Shown in pieces: positions 28,662-38,605 of a stretch of 64,000 bases of DNA. Position 1 is the stretch's first letter. Each line of letters starts with the position of its first letter. The translations under genes were made by a program, and so were the position numbers. The notes beneath the pieces are model-generated. The model saw only the letters and a program-made list of their open reading frames with translations. It was not told the origin of the DNA and did no database searches. The stretch comes from a virus. Location of the stretch: positions 4,776-68,775 of the IMG/VR virus record IMGVR_UViG_3300025010_000009; one strand, 5' to 3'.

Positions 28662-29984
28662 TTACTTACCCTTTGTTAACTGTTCATTCAGGTCATCACA
28701 ATCTGACCATACTTTGCACTTTTTACAGGAATTACTGGTATTACAGTCATATCCATAGCGCAGACCTTCAGGGCAATTGCCTTTTGCACTGGTGCTTCCT
28801 TTATCAGGCTCAGGATCATCTGCCGGTGCGACCTTTTCACACTCATCAGCATTCTCACAGCGTCGGCAACGTTTTTCCTTTCCATAGTCTTCACCGAAAG
28901 TAAAACCATAAGGGCATTCATTCCCAGCTGGTTCAGGATCAGGTTCAGGTTCTTTTTCTGCACGGGTTCTGGTCCGGGTACGGGTTTCAGCAGCAGGTTC
29001 CTGATCAGAGGTTTGACGTTCACGGGTAGCCCGTTCACGTATTCTAGCAGGCTGTTCTTCACGTTGCTGTTCATCTTGTTCATGTTCCTCAGCCACTCCA
29101 TTATAAATGGCTGCAATCTGGTCATAGGTCATTTCTTTGAGAAAAGCATTCAGATCATATCCATGATCAATAGCCCAATCAGGCGGGACCTGCTTAGTTA
29201 ACTCAAAATCAATCTTCTCAGCTTCAAAGTAGGTGGCCTTGCCAAAACTCTTTTCGTTATACCGAATATTGGTAACAACACCAGAATCAGGATCAGCAAA
29301 CCAGGGGTCATCATCAGCAACCTCCTCAATTTCATCATTAAGGAGGGATCCGAAAAGATGGTAGCTAATATCCTGCAGATACAATTCCTCAGCCTGCGCC
29401 TCTGGGTCATACCAGAGGCTGAGTTCCCGCTGTTTGGCTTTGTATGCCTTGATAGTATCCTCATTAGCATCCCGGTCTTTCATAAGTTCATTCAGATCCT
29501 CACAAACCGGGCACCGCCTGCCGAATGTCTTGGCCGGGCAGATAACCTTGATTTCCTCGGGGCCAATCTTGTGAATGTAGAAAGTACGCTTGTAAAAGAG
29601 GGCGCCGGGCTCGATCTTATCCGTATAGTTGAACCCAATTGATTCATAGGGCAGGGTATAGAGACTTACCCGGCATTTTCCTTTCCGGTCAGCCTTTAAC
29701 GGTAACCAATCAATATCCACATTACCACGTGGAATAGCAATATAACTACTCCCCCCTGATTGTTGCTCCCTGGCCTGTTCTCTAGCTCTTTCCCGCATAG
29801 CCTGCATTTGCGCTGCTCGATTGGGTTTTCCAGCCTTGCCTGCTGATCCTGCTGCTCTTGCCATATTACTACCTCCTGATAATTGTTTTTGATATTCTAG
29901 CATTTGCGGTTGATCCCCCGGATTTGCTTTCCAGTAGGACATCCACTCTGATGTACCTGGTGTAAGGTGTTTAAAACCGTTCAT
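28662..29984 (-). CDS. gp32-like ssDNA-binding protein with acidic linker and two Cys4 repeats
   Basis: H...CPAKTFGRRCPVCE zinc motif, ISYHLFG; alternative start at 29864 after GGAGG. Confidence 0.7.
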   Translation of the reverse strand: MNGFKHLTPGTSEWMSYWKANPGDQPQMLEYQKQLSGGSNMARAAGSAGKAGKPNRAAQMQAMRERAREQAREQQSGGSSYIAIPRGNVDIDWLPLKADRKGKCRVSLYTLPYESIGFNYTDKIEPGALFYKRTFYIHKIGPEEIKVICPAKTFGRRCPVCEDLNELMKDRDANEDTIKAYKAKQRELSLWYDPEAQAEELYLQDISYHLFGSLLNDEIEEVADDDPWFADPDSGVVTNIRYNEKSFGKATYFEAEKIDFELTKQVPPDWAIDHGYDLNAFLKEMTYDQIAAIYNGVAEEHEQDEQQREEQPARIRERATRERQTSDQEPAAETRTRTRTRAEKEPEPDPEPAGNECPYGFTFGEDYGKEKRCRRCENADECEKVAPADDPEPDKGSTSAKGNCPEGLRYGYDCNTSNSCKKCKVWSDCDDLNEQLTKGK

Positions 29985-29987
29985 ATT

Positions 29988-30506
29988 CTACTGCCTTGTG
30001 CGAATTTTACCCATTACTTTTTGGACCTGTTCCATCCTGGTCCTTGCCTTGTCATTAATTTGGGTTGCCCGGCGCTCATTATAGTTCTTCAGCTCCTCAG
30101 CAAGTTCCCGACCAAGGCCAGGGCGCGCAAACCACTCGGCCAGGGCAAGGCGTACAAGGTTTTCAAGAACTGTTTTGCGCTGATGAAGGCTAAAAACAGT
30201 ATTACTCAAGATATTTGCCTCATACTCAGCCTGGATAAGTTTTTCCTTTGCTGCCTGATGATCCGGGTGATCCCGATAATAGGCCTCAACTTTTTGTGCA
30301 TTGCCATAATCTTTATTGCCGGAAACCTCTTTGATGAGTTGGGATCGGGTGACCTTTAGATCCTCATGTGCTTCAGCCAGGGCTTTTTTTGCCTCAGCTT
30401 CCATTCTTGCATATTTGGAAAAAAGCATGGGCTGGCGTAAAAGCTCAACATCAAGATTATCTGGGTCAATTTCAAGATCAGTATTAAATTCATTTTCATC
30501 ATACAT
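29988..30506 (-). CDS. UvsY-like recombination mediator
   Basis: DLEIDPDNLD, helical, QRKTVLENL; adjacent to SSB. Confidence 0.6.
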   Translation of the reverse strand: MYDENEFNTDLEIDPDNLDVELLRQPMLFSKYARMEAEAKKALAEAHEDLKVTRSQLIKEVSGNKDYGNAQKVEAYYRDHPDHQAAKEKLIQAEYEANILSNTVFSLHQRKTVLENLVRLALAEWFARPGLGRELAEELKNYNERRATQINDKARTRMEQVQKVMGKIRTRQ

Positions 30507-30521
30507 AGTTATATACTCCTA

Positions 30522-31028
30522 TTACTTTGGTTCGAAAAATAAGATATTTGGAGTAATTCCAACAGCTAACCGCAGGGCATTAAGGCTTTCCCGAAGGATA
30601 TCAGAACCAAACATAAATTGGAATGCAACCCGTGCCTCATCTGTAATATCTTTATCAAGGGTTATTGTTATATGCTGGTGGGGCAGCCCTGTTTTAGATG
30701 GCTTTTCAATAATATCAACTATATTAATATGTATTGAATTTTCCATCCAATATTTCAAGTCATTAACCCTTCCCCTAAAATAAGTATATTGCTCTTTACA
30801 ATCAATATCAATCTGAAGTTGATTTTTCTTAGGTAGGATAATATTACAGTTATTTGCCTCAGCAATCTTATTAACATCTTGTTCAATATCATATACCTGT
30901 TGAAAAAATTTCTCATTATAAATAAGAGAATTGAGTATATCCCAGATAGCACCTTTATTTTTAGCTATACAATTTTTAGTTTCTGAGGTAATATCATCTA
31001 ATTCACAAAGTTCTAATTGCGCTTTCAT
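30522..31028 (-). CDS. Hypothetical protein
   Basis: QIDID, PSKTG, H, GSD motifs; own upstream promoter. Confidence 0.55.
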   Translation of the reverse strand: MKAQLELCELDDITSETKNCIAKNKGAIWDILNSLIYNEKFFQQVYDIEQDVNKIAEANNCNIILPKKNQLQIDIDCKEQYTYFRGRVNDLKYWMENSIHINIVDIIEKPSKTGLPHQHITITLDKDITDEARVAFQFMFGSDILRESLNALRLAVGITPNILFFEPK

Positions 31029-31068
31029 TTCCCAATCCTCTAGCTAAAGTTAAAGAAGGTATACTTTT

Positions 31069-31096
31069 ATTATAAAGTAAATAAAATAAAAGTAAA
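31069..31096 (-). promoter_or_regulatory. sigma70-like promoter TTTACT-N16-TATAAT
   Basis: Read on the minus strand upstream of 31028. Confidence 0.55.
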
Positions 31097-31111
31097 GTTA
31101 AAAATTAAAGG

Positions 31112-32086
31112 TTAAAAAGGTACATCATCTGTTTCAGGTGCTTCAACACTCGCAAGGGCATCATAACAGGCCATAGTAAGACCGGGTGCGCCCGTATCAT
31201 AAAATGGAGTTCTGAACGCATCCATAATAATGAAAGCACGTGCATCATCCTCCTGAAGTAATACCTTATTACAGTATCCTAGGACAGCCCGGCGTACCTT
31301 TTCAGGGTCCTCATCCTTTAAGTTCAATAGGATCTTCCGCACCTGGGGCCATGCAAATTTCTGCAGCATAGATCGGCATAAGTCAATAACAGTAGTCTCA
31401 ATGATCTGCACACATTTTACAGCATCAAGCTGCTTATCTTTAGGTAGGTCAATAACTTGATCAAGGGCTACAAGAGCATTTCTAGGGTGTCCCTCAGCTA
31501 AGTGTATTACAGCGTCAAGTACCTCCCTGTTAATAGCTTTTCCCTCAGCCCGGCAAATACCTTTTAGAAGTCTGAGCATATCCATGTCATCAAGGAGTTC
31601 AACCTCAAATACACTACACCGACTACGGATACCCTCCAGAAGTCCTTGGGGTTCAGACGTACAGAGGAAAAAATAAGTATGGTCCGGGGGTTCCTCAAGT
31701 AGCTTGAGTAGGGCACTCTGTGCCTGATTCTTGGCACTTGCCCCACCTTGGCCAAGCATATGTACCTCGTCAAAAAGCCAACATCGGACGTTCTTTCCGC
31801 CCAGGGCTTTCATATTGGCATTTTTTCTGACCTCCCGAACGTCATCAATAGAACGGAAAACAGCACTATCAAGTTCAACAAAATCCCGTTCTAGATCACA
31901 TCCAAACTCCTGGGCAACAATCCGCGCAAGAGTGGTTTTCCCGCACCCGATAGGTCCGGTGAAAAGATAAGCGTGAGGGATCTTCTCCAGTGGTTTACCC
32001 AGTACGGTCCCCAGCTTTTCTATCATATCATCATTGCCTACAAAATCATCTAATATTTTGGGCCTGTACTCAATATGTAATGGCAT
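31112..32086 (-). CDS. dnaX: Clamp loader (DNA pol III gamma/tau-like AAA+)
   Basis: YRPK, HAYLFTGPIGCGKTT, FDEVHML, LLKLLEEPP, IRSRC. Confidence 0.9.
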   Translation of the reverse strand: MPLHIEYRPKILDDFVGNDDMIEKLGTVLGKPLEKIPHAYLFTGPIGCGKTTLARIVAQEFGCDLERDFVELDSAVFRSIDDVREVRKNANMKALGGKNVRCWLFDEVHMLGQGGASAKNQAQSALLKLLEEPPDHTYFFLCTSEPQGLLEGIRSRCSVFEVELLDDMDMLRLLKGICRAEGKAINREVLDAVIHLAEGHPRNALVALDQVIDLPKDKQLDAVKCVQIIETTVIDLCRSMLQKFAWPQVRKILLNLKDEDPEKVRRAVLGYCNKVLLQEDDARAFIIMDAFRTPFYDTGAPGLTMACYDALASVEAPETDDVPF

Positions 32087-32103
32087 TATTTATCCTCTTC
32101 AGT

Positions 32104-33114
32104 TTACTTTCGTTTAATAGGTGTATATAACCTCTTTGATATAAAATCCTGCCGAGCCATTTCCATGACCTCTCGCATCTGGGGGTGGGCTCCAGGATTT
32201 TCCTCACTACGCAGGTGGAACATATAATGCCATTGGGTAATATCTGCCTGGACAAGGAGTTCTGCTGCCAGAGCATTTTGCAGTAATCCCCTTGCCTGCT
32301 CAGGACGTTGCTTGCTCGCTTCTCCAACTACATTTTCATTCATGAGCAAGCAATATTCATTGTAGGATTGAATTATAGACTTTACCCAAATCCTAACAGC
32401 AGGATTTTCAATTACATTTGCACAATGTATATCGTATACGCCAGGGCTTATCTGTGTATAAAACCATGGGGGGAGGATAAACCTGGCTGGTCTTTTCAGG
32501 TAATTTACATAACGGGTACTTTCCTGGAGAAAGCTGCAGGGGCGGTGTCGTACCATCTCATGTGTAATACCCCTGTCAATAGTGAATTTAATACAGATAG
32601 GGAGAAAATTGAGGGGCAACTTATTTTCTCTGGTAATTATTGCCCAGCCCCCGGTAGGACGTAAAGGCTGGTAGGAGAAAAATTCAGGATATTTTTCCAG
32701 TAATAAGCAATATATATCAATTAATGGCTGAAATGATATCCACCAAGGAGTAATTTCAAATGTATCTATCCAGGCCCTGAGACTACCACCAAAGAATAAT
32801 ACCCCATTCTTTTCATTGAATTCAATCTTGTGGAACTGAATCCGGTGATGATGAGCAAGTATAGCCAACAGTTTGGAATAGATAGAAATATCAGTATAAG
32901 TTCTGAATACAATCCATCCAAATTCTAAAACACTCATATGTTTCTTCTTTGCCTTATCAATTACAAAGGGCGTAGCGGATTCAGCAGTAATCTTATCCTC
33001 ACTTTTATAACACAGACGCCCAGCGCGTTCAATCCTTTGCATCATCTCTTCACGTTTAAGAGGAGGAGGACCCCAGACATCAATACTGGGTTTAATCAAT
33101 TCTATTTCAATCAT
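32104..33114 (-). CDS. thyX: FAD-dependent thymidylate synthase
   Basis: HEMVRHR..SFLQESTRY, ARGLL, LR...AHPQMR. Confidence 0.9.
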   Translation of the reverse strand: MIEIELIKPSIDVWGPPPLKREEMMQRIERAGRLCYKSEDKITAESATPFVIDKAKKKHMSVLEFGWIVFRTYTDISIYSKLLAILAHHHRIQFHKIEFNEKNGVLFFGGSLRAWIDTFEITPWWISFQPLIDIYCLLLEKYPEFFSYQPLRPTGGWAIITRENKLPLNFLPICIKFTIDRGITHEMVRHRPCSFLQESTRYVNYLKRPARFILPPWFYTQISPGVYDIHCANVIENPAVRIWVKSIIQSYNEYCLLMNENVVGEASKQRPEQARGLLQNALAAELLVQADITQWHYMFHLRSEENPGAHPQMREVMEMARQDFISKRLYTPIKRK

Positions 33115-33437
33115 TTCAACACCTCCAAAGTTTTAAATTGGATATTCAGAGGCCATATGTCCTGTCCTTCCCGAATAGCCTCACCTAACCTGCATTGTTT
33201 ACATGCATCCTCATTAACATGTAATAGCGGGTAATCAATAGATCTGCTTGCTTGCCTAATACGTATCGCAATATAGGTACACCGCAGTTGACAAAAGGAA
33301 CGGAAATATAAATGGGCAATATCAAGAGTTTCAGCATAGAAAATAGTTTCTCGCTTCTCAGCAATAAAACACTGTCGAGTAAATCGCCTTTGTGTAGTCT
33401 TTCCCCGTTTACTCTTCTTCGTCTTAGGCTTAGGCAT
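33111..33437 (-). CDS. Hypothetical basic Cys-containing protein
   Basis: ORF coupled to thyX. Confidence 0.5.
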   Translation of the reverse strand: MPKPKTKKSKRGKTTQRRFTRQCFIAEKRETIFYAETLDIAHLYFRSFCQLRCTYIAIRIRQASRSIDYPLLHVNEDACKQCRLGEAIREGQDIWPLNIQFKTLEVLK

Positions 33438-33440
33438 GGG

Positions 33441-33947
33441 CTATTCCCTATCAATATCTTCATTAACAAAAAGAATTGATCTACATTGTGTTTGGTGTGC
33501 ATATACTTTTATACTCACTCCATTTTTACAAGCAATTCCAAGTCTACGTAAACAACTTATAAGTATAGTTATTTCTGCGTTAATTTTTCTTTCCTGTGGC
33601 TGTGCCCGTTTAGTATGGATAAAACCATTCCCACGCCATTCCAAGAGTCCCCATTTAGGGGGTAGTTCATCAACTTGGATCAATCCCTTTGGACAAGCAT
33701 AATACCGCCATTTACCCATACCAGTATCTGGCTTACGCCTGAATATCTTTTTTGCATCATTCAGAAAATCACTCCGATCTGCTTTGACTTCAATTAGAAT
33801 TGTATTACCGCCTGTATTAAATCCTAGAACATCAGGGTGTTCTCTATTTTGAGTAGCAAGCTCAGTAACAACAACAGGACAATTATGAGTTAACCACTTA
33901 GCAGCTTTTTCAACTAGGAAACCGTGTGTTATTTTCTTTCCAGTCAT
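33441..33947 (-). CDS. PD-(D/E)xK nuclease-like protein (MmcB-like)
   Basis: EHPDVLGF, LIEVKADRSDFL, ELPPKWGLL. Confidence 0.7.
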   Translation of the reverse strand: MTGKKITHGFLVEKAAKWLTHNCPVVVTELATQNREHPDVLGFNTGGNTILIEVKADRSDFLNDAKKIFRRKPDTGMGKWRYYACPKGLIQVDELPPKWGLLEWRGNGFIHTKRAQPQERKINAEITILISCLRRLGIACKNGVSIKVYAHQTQCRSILFVNEDIDRE

Positions 33948-33978
33948 GACCTCACGTCCTATATTAACTTATTAACTA

Positions 33979-35433
33979 TTAACTATTAACCTGAGCACAT
34001 ACTGGGCAGGTCAAATCTTTATAAAGCCATTTATTTCCGCACTGTGTACAACCCTGTGGGTATTCTTTTACTTTTTTCAGGTGGTACCAGCTAGCCCCTG
34101 CCGGCCCCAATTCCAAGTCAATTTTAAGGGGAACAATTATCCAAGGCCAATGCTGGCGAACATCTACGCACATAACCCGATTTACAACACCTACAATATG
34201 GTTAATCTCACTTGGCTCAAAGTCAAATACGAGAGCATCATGAATTTGCCCTAAAATCTTGGATTCCCACTTTTCCTCAACGGCAATCTTCTGTAACTGA
34301 ATAATTGACCAGAGGAGGAAATGAAAGCTGCTACCCTGAATTGGATAGTTACAAACTTCATTCCTGGTCATTACCCCCTGATACCGAAAGCCTGTGAGGC
34401 TATCCACATAACCCTGTCTGTGATAGAGTTTTACCCAGTCATCTTTCCACTTTGCATATACCGGGAAACGCTGTCCCCAGAAACGTTCTTCAACTTTCTC
34501 AATATGTTTTTCAAATTGAGCTAAGTTACGAATACCCTTTTTGCGCAGGTGATCATAAAGGGGAGTACCTTTCTTTGTAATGAGTTTAAGCTGCTGAATT
34601 GCATTCCAGAGGTTCTTTGCACACATTACATAATAATCACCATAAAACTCAGCAAAAGTGAAGTTGTTCTTACCCGCATATCGAATATCCCCAGTCCACT
34701 CATCAAGGTCAAGTAAGTAACACTCACAGGCTATATCCCGGTGCATATCAAGCTCAGGATTCATAATCTCAGCAATCATATTCGGGTCCTGGTGATAGCA
34801 GCAGCTGCCGATAACCTCAGCCTTACTGTAGTCAACCTCCCCTAATAGCCGGTGCCTTGTACGTGGAATAAATTTTGTACGTACAAGTCTTTTAAGCTCT
34901 TCCTCATGTTTCGGGACGTTCTGAAAATTGATATTACTTGAGCTTGATCTGTAGCTTATAAGCAGGAGGTTAAAGAAGGGGTGGAGCATTCCACCCACTT
35001 GTTCACGGAGAATACCCTCAAGATTTGTGGACCTTACCTTTTCAAGTTTTCTGCGCTCAATAAGGTCTAAAAGCCAGGGTTGTTCCAGGGCCTTTAGACT
35101 TTCTTCATCTGTGCTGCCAGTGGTTTTATTCTCACTACTCTTTTCAGTTTCTTTAAATGGCTTGAGTTTAAGCCTGGTATAGAGTAATTCCCGAAGTTGA
35201 TCATCACTATCCAGATTGAACTTCAGCCCGTACATCTCTTTCCAGATTTTGACCTCTTTAGACGCATAAAGTCGGGCCTCAATAGCAGGTATACGCTTTT
35301 CCCCAAGTCTACGCATATCCAACTCAATAGCAGGGACATCTACACGCAGGCCATTAAGTTGTATTTGACTCAGGGCTAGGGCTCCCTCATGTAAAAGTTG
35401 GTACCCAGAATGTGTTATAGGTAAACAGGTCAT
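33979..35433 (-). CDS. polA: Family A DNA polymerase, polymerase domain
   Basis: NFQNVP, motif A VDYSKAEV, motif B R...K...F...YG, NYPIQG, motif C QIHD. Confidence 0.9.
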   Translation of the reverse strand: MTCLPITHSGYQLLHEGALALSQIQLNGLRVDVPAIELDMRRLGEKRIPAIEARLYASKEVKIWKEMYGLKFNLDSDDQLRELLYTRLKLKPFKETEKSSENKTTGSTDEESLKALEQPWLLDLIERRKLEKVRSTNLEGILREQVGGMLHPFFNLLLISYRSSSSNINFQNVPKHEEELKRLVRTKFIPRTRHRLLGEVDYSKAEVIGSCCYHQDPNMIAEIMNPELDMHRDIACECYLLDLDEWTGDIRYAGKNNFTFAEFYGDYYVMCAKNLWNAIQQLKLITKKGTPLYDHLRKKGIRNLAQFEKHIEKVEERFWGQRFPVYAKWKDDWVKLYHRQGYVDSLTGFRYQGVMTRNEVCNYPIQGSSFHFLLWSIIQLQKIAVEEKWESKILGQIHDALVFDFEPSEINHIVGVVNRVMCVDVRQHWPWIIVPLKIDLELGPAGASWYHLKKVKEYPQGCTQCGNKWLYKDLTCPVCAQVNS

Positions 35434-36653
35434 TTCAGGCCCTCAAATTGTTTCCATTGCAAGCTAGCAATACGGTATTCAGTAAGGCTATCCAAGGCGC
35501 AACGTTTAAGTATATCCCTCATTGGCGCATCATATATTCGGTTAAGAGCATTTGCATTCTTTTCGTTTGATTTAAGGTATTCATCCGTTGCGCCCTTAAA
35601 GTTGAAGAAACCCAATGTTTTTGCTGCCTGGAATTCAAGATTTTTAGTACCCCGGCGATTGTCAAGAGTATGTTCTCCATACATAGTGTCCCAATACCAT
35701 CCATTTACGGGACAGTTAAGTACTGCCCTTGACCACATATCCTCAAATTTCATATTCTGTGCAATTTTTTTTATACTACTGTCAACAAGTATTTTTTTAA
35801 GCAGGCGTTCAATATTGATGTCATTAAATTGAAAGGCAAAAGCGTGGTCAAACCCGGTAGCAATACTACAGGCAACAATATGTTGCTCTCTAGCTATAGG
35901 CCGCAGCCCAGTTGTCTCATAATCAAATGCTATTGGGTTATGGAATTGACGAGCAACCCGGTCAAGACGGTTTAGAACATCATCCGTATTAGTAAGGATT
36001 TCAATACAATCCTCTTCAGGTTTCCAGGTCGGGAAGGGATCTTGATAGTGCTTTATAGCATACTCAAGGTCATTAAGAAATACGGTCTCAACAGCGGGGT
36101 TAACCTTCTCATTTCTGAGTACATAACTGGGATGAAATAAGGGAAATACCCAACAATGGTTTTCCCGATCAGGTATTTGCCAACCCCTCCAGAGGGTAAT
36201 ACCACCACCAATATTCGTCCGGTGTCCGAAGTAGCTCTCAATAGCAGCACCACCCAACAGGAATACTGCCTTGGGTTTAACCTCATGCAGAACACTGTAA
36301 CAACGGGAACGGCAGGCCTGAATTTCATGTGATTTGGGTGCCCGGTTATCCGGTGGCCGGCAATTAACGCTATTAATTTTAACAGTATCCCTATCAAGGT
36401 CAATACCATGTTCGCCAAGGCATCCCCGATAGTATGTGCCAATTTTTCCAACAAGTTGTTTCCCCCGTTTGTCCTCATCTTCCCCAGGTGCCTCAGCCCA
36501 ATTGAGAATACCTAACTGGCCCTGACCGTGCGGCGCCATCTTTGGACTTAGGCATTGCCGGTATAACCCACATGAGGCACAGCCTATTGGCTTGCCCCCG
36601 ACCACGCCCTTATGTAATCCAATTACATCATCTTTGGAAAAGAATCCGGACAT
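35430..36653 (-). CDS. Family-4 uracil-DNA glycosylase fused to 3'-5' exonuclease (N-terminal part of a split polymerase)
   Basis: CASCGL, AEAPG, CRPPDNR, HPSY; then AFDYETTGL, QNMKFE, WDTM, CALD. Confidence 0.85.
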   Translation of the reverse strand: MSGFFSKDDVIGLHKGVVGGKPIGCASCGLYRQCLSPKMAPHGQGQLGILNWAEAPGEDEDKRGKQLVGKIGTYYRGCLGEHGIDLDRDTVKINSVNCRPPDNRAPKSHEIQACRSRCYSVLHEVKPKAVFLLGGAAIESYFGHRTNIGGGITLWRGWQIPDRENHCWVFPLFHPSYVLRNEKVNPAVETVFLNDLEYAIKHYQDPFPTWKPEEDCIEILTNTDDVLNRLDRVARQFHNPIAFDYETTGLRPIAREQHIVACSIATGFDHAFAFQFNDINIERLLKKILVDSSIKKIAQNMKFEDMWSRAVLNCPVNGWYWDTMYGEHTLDNRRGTKNLEFQAAKTLGFFNFKGATDEYLKSNEKNANALNRIYDAPMRDILKRCALDSLTEYRIASLQWKQFEGLK

Positions 36654-36659
36654 GAACGG

Positions 36660-36845
36660 CTACCCCCTTTTAGTTGCCTTTTCCCAAATATTGTTAAGCG
36701 TTTCATCTTGTTTAGGAGTAAGGTCAGAGCCGGTAGCTAATCTATCTGATATTGATTCAATAAAATTGGTTTCCCATTCGGTTAACCGACTTTCCCTGGC
36801 CTCACAGTCATCAATCATTTCAAGCCATTCTTCTTTTCTAGACAT
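36660..36845 (-). CDS. Small conserved phage protein
   Basis: LTEWETNFIESI...LTPKQ pattern. Confidence 0.6.
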   Translation of the reverse strand: MSRKEEWLEMIDDCEARESRLTEWETNFIESISDRLATGSDLTPKQDETLNNIWEKATKRG

Positions 36846-36848
36846 GAA

Positions 36849-37862
36849 CTATGCCTCCATAGTCACCACATGTTGAAATTTATCATCTTTGAAGAGGATT
36901 GCCCCACTACCCACAATAGCAGTTCTGACCTTACTCAGAATTTGACTGAAGTTATCAGGGTGGATATTAAACTGAAATCCTTTAGTGGCATTAATTTCAA
37001 TATCCTCCCTGAACCATCCACTTTTACCCTCACTGCTTACCTCAAGTTTTTTACCCACGGCCTTAACTACAATTGTCTCATCCCCCTCATTATTTACAGC
37101 CAGCACTCGGGCACGGTCAATAACGTCAATCAGGCTTTCAGGAAACTCAATACTCACGCCATCCACGTCAAGGAAGGTCCCAACTTCAGGGAAAGTACCC
37201 TCATAAACACGGGAAGAGAATACTGTGCCCTCACGATTCTTAAAGTGCGCCCACCCTCCTATACAACAAACCTTCTCCGGGGCATAGGCCGGCAGGTATT
37301 TAGCGCTCCACGATGGAAGTAAATAAGGTGTTGCCGCACCTGTCTTTACAACCCAGCGGGTAATCCGGTATCTGTCAGTGCTCTCAATATAATCAGGACA
37401 GACATTCAGACAACAGAGTATGGGTGTTGTCATATTCCGACTGGCACTGAATGTACAGGATTTAATAGCCTGAATAAATCCCTGGGGGTCTGTGATCTTA
37501 CTCCATTTACCCGGCTTAGACATCTCATCAATAGGCAGACGTACTTCCTGTTCAAGTCGAATACCAGCCTCAGAGCGGATACCCTGAAGAATAAATTCAG
37601 TATCAGTCAGGGTAATATTCAGGACATCATCCTTACTACGCCTGAGCAGGTTGAACAACTCTTTGGCCTGTACTGCACCTGTGAGTTCAAATTTATCCTC
37701 TGTTGATATGGGGTGGCAGATAGCAACCTCATCATTAAAGGTCATAACCTCCCGGCCTTGAAAGACAAAGCAGGCACTCTGGTCCACAAGGCTTTTCTCA
37801 TTACCCAGGCCGGGTTGTACCTTCTGAAGAATATCTAATAATTCTGTGCGTTTAATCTTCAT
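36849..37862 (-). CDS. dnaN: DNA polymerase sliding clamp (beta-like)
   Basis: 337 aa; STDRYRI, SRVYEGTFP motifs. Confidence 0.8.
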   Translation of the reverse strand: MKIKRTELLDILQKVQPGLGNEKSLVDQSACFVFQGREVMTFNDEVAICHPISTEDKFELTGAVQAKELFNLLRRSKDDVLNITLTDTEFILQGIRSEAGIRLEQEVRLPIDEMSKPGKWSKITDPQGFIQAIKSCTFSASRNMTTPILCCLNVCPDYIESTDRYRITRWVVKTGAATPYLLPSWSAKYLPAYAPEKVCCIGGWAHFKNREGTVFSSRVYEGTFPEVGTFLDVDGVSIEFPESLIDVIDRARVLAVNNEGDETIVVKAVGKKLEVSSEGKSGWFREDIEINATKGFQFNIHPDNFSQILSKVRTAIVGSGAILFKDDKFQHVVTMEA

Positions 37863-37891
37863 TCCTATTTCCTTCCTATTTCAATGTAAAT

Positions 37892-37939
37892 AAAAAACCG
37901 GCTCCCCGGCTTGACGAAAGTTTTGAGGGAGCCGGTTTT
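37892..37939 (-). terminator. Intrinsic terminator
   Basis: 13-bp stem AAAACCGGCTCCC/GGGAGCCGGTTTT with U-tract on the minus strand. Confidence 0.7.
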
Positions 37940-38169
37940 GAGTCCTTACCTACTTACCAGGCCACGGTGACCTAGGCAAACTACAATCTCATTTGATGGT
38001 CCCATACACGGGCCTCTACCGTGCGGTTCCACATTTTCAATTTAATTTTCACTTTAATTCCCCTCTTGCTTCTAGGTAGGTGCCGGTAATATTATTTATT
38101 TTTCATATTGATAAAGTTAAGCACAAACATAAAACCACCTCCTTTTTTATTCTTGGCAAATTTTGGCAT

Positions 38170-38560
38170 TTATTGACGGGGACGTCCCCGGTCATTCACT
38201 GCCTTAAGCCGCATGCTTTCGCAGAGGCGGCTTGTTTGCAGGCGGCTGATAAAAATCAGAGTGGCTACGTAATAGCCCTGTTGCCTGCGTTATTTATCTA
38301 GGGGTTCTTGCCGATACATGGGCCATCACCATGCCGTTCATTTTTATTCTCCTTTAAATAAAGGGTAGGGGTTAATAAAATTAACCCCTTCACCCAGAAT
38401 CCCCGCTCACCGGCCAGCTATAACATCAGCAAGCCCGTGGCGGGGTATATACTGGGGCTCCGACATTTTCCAGTCGGGCAGCACTTGCGGCGGGGCAACC
38501 GCGACTGCGCAACCGGGTGGGGTTCAGGACCTCGGAGCAACAGACCTGCTGGGAAACTTT
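38170..38560 (-). ncRNA. Candidate structured RNA region(s), class unknown
   Basis: GC-rich intergenic segments with many stems flanked by AT-rich DNA; strand inferred from neighbouring genes. Confidence 0.45.
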
Positions 38561-38605
38561 TTCTAATTCTTTCTTAGTAGGTAACTATTTTTCTTTTAAA
38601 AATAT

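Noticed and set aside
38350-38560. 6S, SRP, RNase P or twister RNA
   Set aside because: Only short look-alike words (GGGTTCAGG, CAGGACC..GGAGCA, AACCCCACCCGG, CAAGCCCG); the other required motifs and end-pairing are missing
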